Source: Kofleriaceae bacterium (GTDB lineage Bacteria > Myxococcota_A > Polyangia > Haliangiales > Haliangiaceae). From it: a stretch of DNA of 64,000 bases. The stretch is taken from contig JBKJLC010000297.1 in NCBI GenBank assembly GCA_046597055.1, positions 39,743-103,742 of the forward strand, written 5' to 3'. Below, piece after piece: positions 59,467 through 64,000 of this stretch. The position numbers were made by a program, and so were the translations under genes. Within the stretch, counting starts at the first letter, position 1. Every line of letters starts with the position of its first letter. The notes below the pieces were generated by a model. It had not been told where the DNA came from, searched no databases, and was given only the letters and a program-made list of their open reading frames with translations.

Positions 59467-61326
59467 TCAGGAGTGCTCGAGGTTCTTGCCGAACAGCGTC
59501 GCCAGGCCGTACCCGATGAACGCGGACCACGCGGCCGCCACCGGCTCGAACACGGGGAGCATCGCGGGCGGCGCGGTCGCCCCGGCCGCCGCCGCCTGCG
59601 CATGCGCGGCCGCGGCCAGCGCCGCCGCCTCGCCCGGCATCCCCGCCCACTGCGAGAGCAGCGTGGCGTTGGTGGCGCCCTTGACCGCGTCGGCCAGGTG
59701 GCCGGCGACCAGGAGGCCGGTGTACCCGACGATCACGGAGCTCAAGATCACCAGCCAGGCGAGGACCTTGGCGCCGCCGGTCGACGGCGCCGGGATCCAG
59801 ACCAGCAGCGACAGCGCCGCCAGGACGAACGGCACCAGCTGGACGATCGCGACGACCTTCAGCTTGCCCGGGGCGCCGGAGATCCCGTCGATGAGGCCCT
59901 TGATCGCCGGATCACCGCCGCCCTCGGGCACGACGTAGAGCACGATCACGCACAGGGCTCCGACGGTGGTCAGAATGCGCGGCAAGATCTGCGCGCGATA
60001 CTCGTGGCGCAGCAGCAGCCCGGTGACGAGGGTGACCGCCGCAAGAAAGCCCACCAGCACCTGCCAGCGGAACTCCGGGGCGTCCTTGAGCGAGGTCACC
60101 AGCCCGAGGACGACCGGGGTCAGCCCGAGCACCGCTGCCAGCGCGCCGCGCGGCACGTTGGCGAGCGGGACCAGCCCGAACACGAGGGCGAGGATGGCGG
60201 CCGCGCTGACGTAGATCAGCTTGAACTTGCCGAGCGCGTCGATGCCGTCACTGGTGAGCGCGTCCCAGCGGAACGTGAGCGGCTCGATGCTGAACGGCAC
60301 CGCGCCCGCGAGCAGCAGCACGATGCCGAACGCGATCAGCACGATGCGGAGGCCGTCCTTGTACGGCTCGACCGGGGCGCCGACCCGCGCCGCGGTTCGC
60401 GAGGCGAGATACGGCGGGTTCATCGGCCCGGGCTGGCCCGGATGATTCATGGGGCCGTGGCCCATCGGGCCCTGATGCGGCGGACCGCCGGGATAGCCCT
60501 GCGGCGGACCGCCGGGGTAACCCTGCGGCGGACCGCCCATCGACCCGGGCGGCGGACCGCCGATCGACCCGGGCGGCGGACCGCCGGGATAACCGTGCTG
60601 CGGACCGCCCATCGGCGGACCGCCGGGATAACCATGCTGCGGACCGCCCATCTGGTGCGGGCCGCCGGGATAGCCGGGCGGCGGCCCCATCTGTCCGGGC
60701 GGCGGACCCATCGGACCGCCCATCGGCGGCGGCGGGCCGCCCATGTTCCCGGGCGACGGACCACCCATCGGGCCACCGCCGTAACCCTGCGGACCGGGCC
60801 CCATGGGACCCGGCGCCATCATCGTCGCCGCGCCGCCGCCATGTTGAGGCGCCATCGGCCCCGGACCCATCGGTGGCGGCGGACCGCCCATCGGTCCCGG
60901 CGCCATCATCGTCGCCGCGCCGCCCGCGCCGTGCCCCATCGGACCGGGCCCCATCGGTGGCGGCGGGCCGCCCATCGGCCCCGGGGGCTGGATCGGCGCG
61001 GCCGCGAACACGGTCTTGGCAGCCGAGGCCGCCGGCGCAGGCAGCGTCGCCATCGGCGTATGAGCGGACGGCGCCGGGATCGTGGCATGGGGGGCCATCG
61101 ACGCCGGTGGACCGGCCGGCGCGGGCGCCGCGGGCGGGGGGGCCCCTACGCCCGGCGCGGGCGAGTGCCCCTTGGCCTGCATGTCCTTCAGGAGATCGCT
61201 CGCCTGCCAGCCCATCACCGTCTTCGCTTGCGCGGACGCGGGGACGGGCGGCTGCTTGGCTCCGCAGAACACGCAGTGGAGCGCCGGGTCCGGCAGGTCC
61301 TTCGCACAGCTCGAGCACTTCTTCAC
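59467..61326 (-). CDS. zinc-ribbon + Gly/Pro/Met-rich repeat + multi-TM membrane protein
   Basis: CSSC...CVFC; GGPP repeats; about 8 TM segments; GGAG RBS. Confidence 0.8.
   Translation of the reverse strand: MKKCSSCAKDLPDPALHCVFCGAKQPPVPASAQAKTVMGWQASDLLKDMQAKGHSPAPGVGAPPPAAPAPAGPPASMAPHATIPAPSAHTPMATLPAPAASAAKTVFAAAPIQPPGPMGGPPPPMGPGPMGHGAGGAATMMAPGPMGGPPPPMGPGPMAPQHGGGAATMMAPGPMGPGPQGYGGGPMGGPSPGNMGGPPPPMGGPMGPPPGQMGPPPGYPGGPHQMGGPQHGYPGGPPMGGPQHGYPGGPPPGSIGGPPPGSMGGPPQGYPGGPPQGYPGGPPHQGPMGHGPMNHPGQPGPMNPPYLASRTAARVGAPVEPYKDGLRIVLIAFGIVLLLAGAVPFSIEPLTFRWDALTSDGIDALGKFKLIYVSAAAILALVFGLVPLANVPRGALAAVLGLTPVVLGLVTSLKDAPEFRWQVLVGFLAAVTLVTGLLLRHEYRAQILPRILTTVGALCVIVLYVVPEGGGDPAIKGLIDGISGAPGKLKVVAIVQLVPFVLAALSLLVWIPAPSTGGAKVLAWLVILSSVIVGYTGLLVAGHLADAVKGATNATLLSQWAGMPGEAAALAAAAHAQAAAAGATAPPAMLPVFEPVAAAWSAFIGYGLATLFGKNLEHS
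60478..60975. repeat. coding tandem repeats (GGCGGACCGCC core) encoding GGPP(QGYP/PGSM) units
   Basis: Multiple visible copies within the CDS. Confidence 0.75.
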
Positions 61327-61507
61327 TGAGAGTCTCCCTGGGTGCGCGTCCTGCTGATCAGCATCCGTCACCACGCGCGCCGCCGCGAAATGTGGGTCTA
61401 TTCCGCCCCCGTTCGCCACCGGTGTCAATCGACCGCGATGTAAACCGCTGGCACTCCTCCGACGGAAAAGGCCTGCACCACGCGGTCCCCGACGCTACAA
61501 TTTCCGC

Positions 61508-63337
<1,830 letters not shown>

Positions 63338-63476
63338 GCCCGGGTCCGTCGGTCGACGGCGCCCCCGCGCTGCGCCCCCTGCGGGACGCGGCCCGGGGGC
63401 GTTCCTGCGTCCGGGCCCGCGGCGCCTGAGCCGGCGCCAGGGCGCAGGGTGCGCGAAGACCGGCTATGCTGCCGCC

Positions 63477-63980
63477 GTGACCGCCCCCGCCCCGCGCAGC
63501 CATCGCATCGTCGTCGCGCGCGAGCAGTACAAGTTCTCGTGCGCGCACATGACCGTCTTTCCCGACGGCACCAAAGAACGGCTGCACGGCCACAACTATC
63601 AGATCTCGATCGCTCTCGATGTGGAGCGCATCGATCTGCCGGCGATGATCCCCTTCGCGCAGATCAAAGGTTCGCTGACCGAGCTGTGCGCGGCGTGGAA
63701 AGAACGCGTGATGCTCGCGGAGAAGAACCCGCACTTCGTCGTGGCCCGTGAAGATGCCAAGGAGATCGACTTCACGCTGTGCGGTGATCACTATGTCCTG
63801 CCGCGTACGGACGTGCTGATGCTCCCCATCGACAACATCTCGGTCGAGGCGCTCGCCGCGCACGTGGCCGAGCTGCTGCTCGCGAAGCTGGGGCGCGTCC
63901 TGCCGCCGCACGTCCGCACGCTGACCGCCACCGTCGAGGAATCGCCGGGGCAGGGCGCGAGCTGCACGCTGACCTTGTAG
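63477..63980 (+). CDS. 6-pyruvoyl-tetrahydropterin synthase / QueD family protein
   Basis: FSCAH, LHGHNY, VEESPG. Confidence 0.85.
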   Translation: MTAPAPRSHRIVVAREQYKFSCAHMTVFPDGTKERLHGHNYQISIALDVERIDLPAMIPFAQIKGSLTELCAAWKERVMLAEKNPHFVVAREDAKEIDFTLCGDHYVLPRTDVLMLPIDNISVEALAAHVAELLLAKLGRVLPPHVRTLTATVEESPGQGASCTLTL

Positions 63981-64000
63981 GAACGGCGTGTGCGGGAAGG

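Noticed and set aside
60478..60975. CRISPR array
   Set aside because: The repeats are in-frame coding units without constant-length unique spacers, and no cas genes are present.
63338..63440. Structured ncRNA between the S8 peptidase and the queD-like gene
   Set aside because: Only short GC-rich hairpins, as expected by chance or as a terminator/REP; no second copy was seen in the window.

Overview
Very GC-rich (roughly 70-75% by eye) bacterial chromosome segment. Gene content points to a myxobacterium (Myxococcota, possibly Kofleriaceae/Haliangiales): Myxococcales-type sigma-70, Hanks kinase, DUF4157 protein and an Mx162-like retron RT. The taxonomy is inference. The most notable locus (1-8586) is a complete retron. 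It has a retron-type reverse transcriptase (NAxxH, YADD, VTG) preceded by a 232-nt structured msr/msd region bounded by inverted repeats, with its own candidate promoter. Upstream lies a translationally coupled WGR-HEAT/ARM, SWIM-zinc-finger and thioredoxin-lipoprotein operon, itself preceded by a SelN-like thioredoxin-fold gene. This is a Type XIII-like retron with apparent extra redox partners. The rest of the window holds a dcw cluster (ftsW, murG, murC, murB, ddl, ftsQAZ) in canonical order but split by multi-kb insertions. Other accessory loci are a sulfur-handling module, a MOSC-alkyltransferase-like fusion, a tandem-DUF4157 toxin/HEAT-lipoprotein pair, an orphan FlhA/SctV, an HD-only CCA-enzyme relative and a ClpX paralog. 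Housekeeping genes include aroE, xseA, cysS, grxC, murI, murA, hisG, lipB, mpaA and a queD-like gene. Several REP/MITE-like palindromic repeats are present. No rRNA, tRNA, CRISPR array or transposase was recognised. All calls come from reading motifs by eye; no database search or folding program was run.
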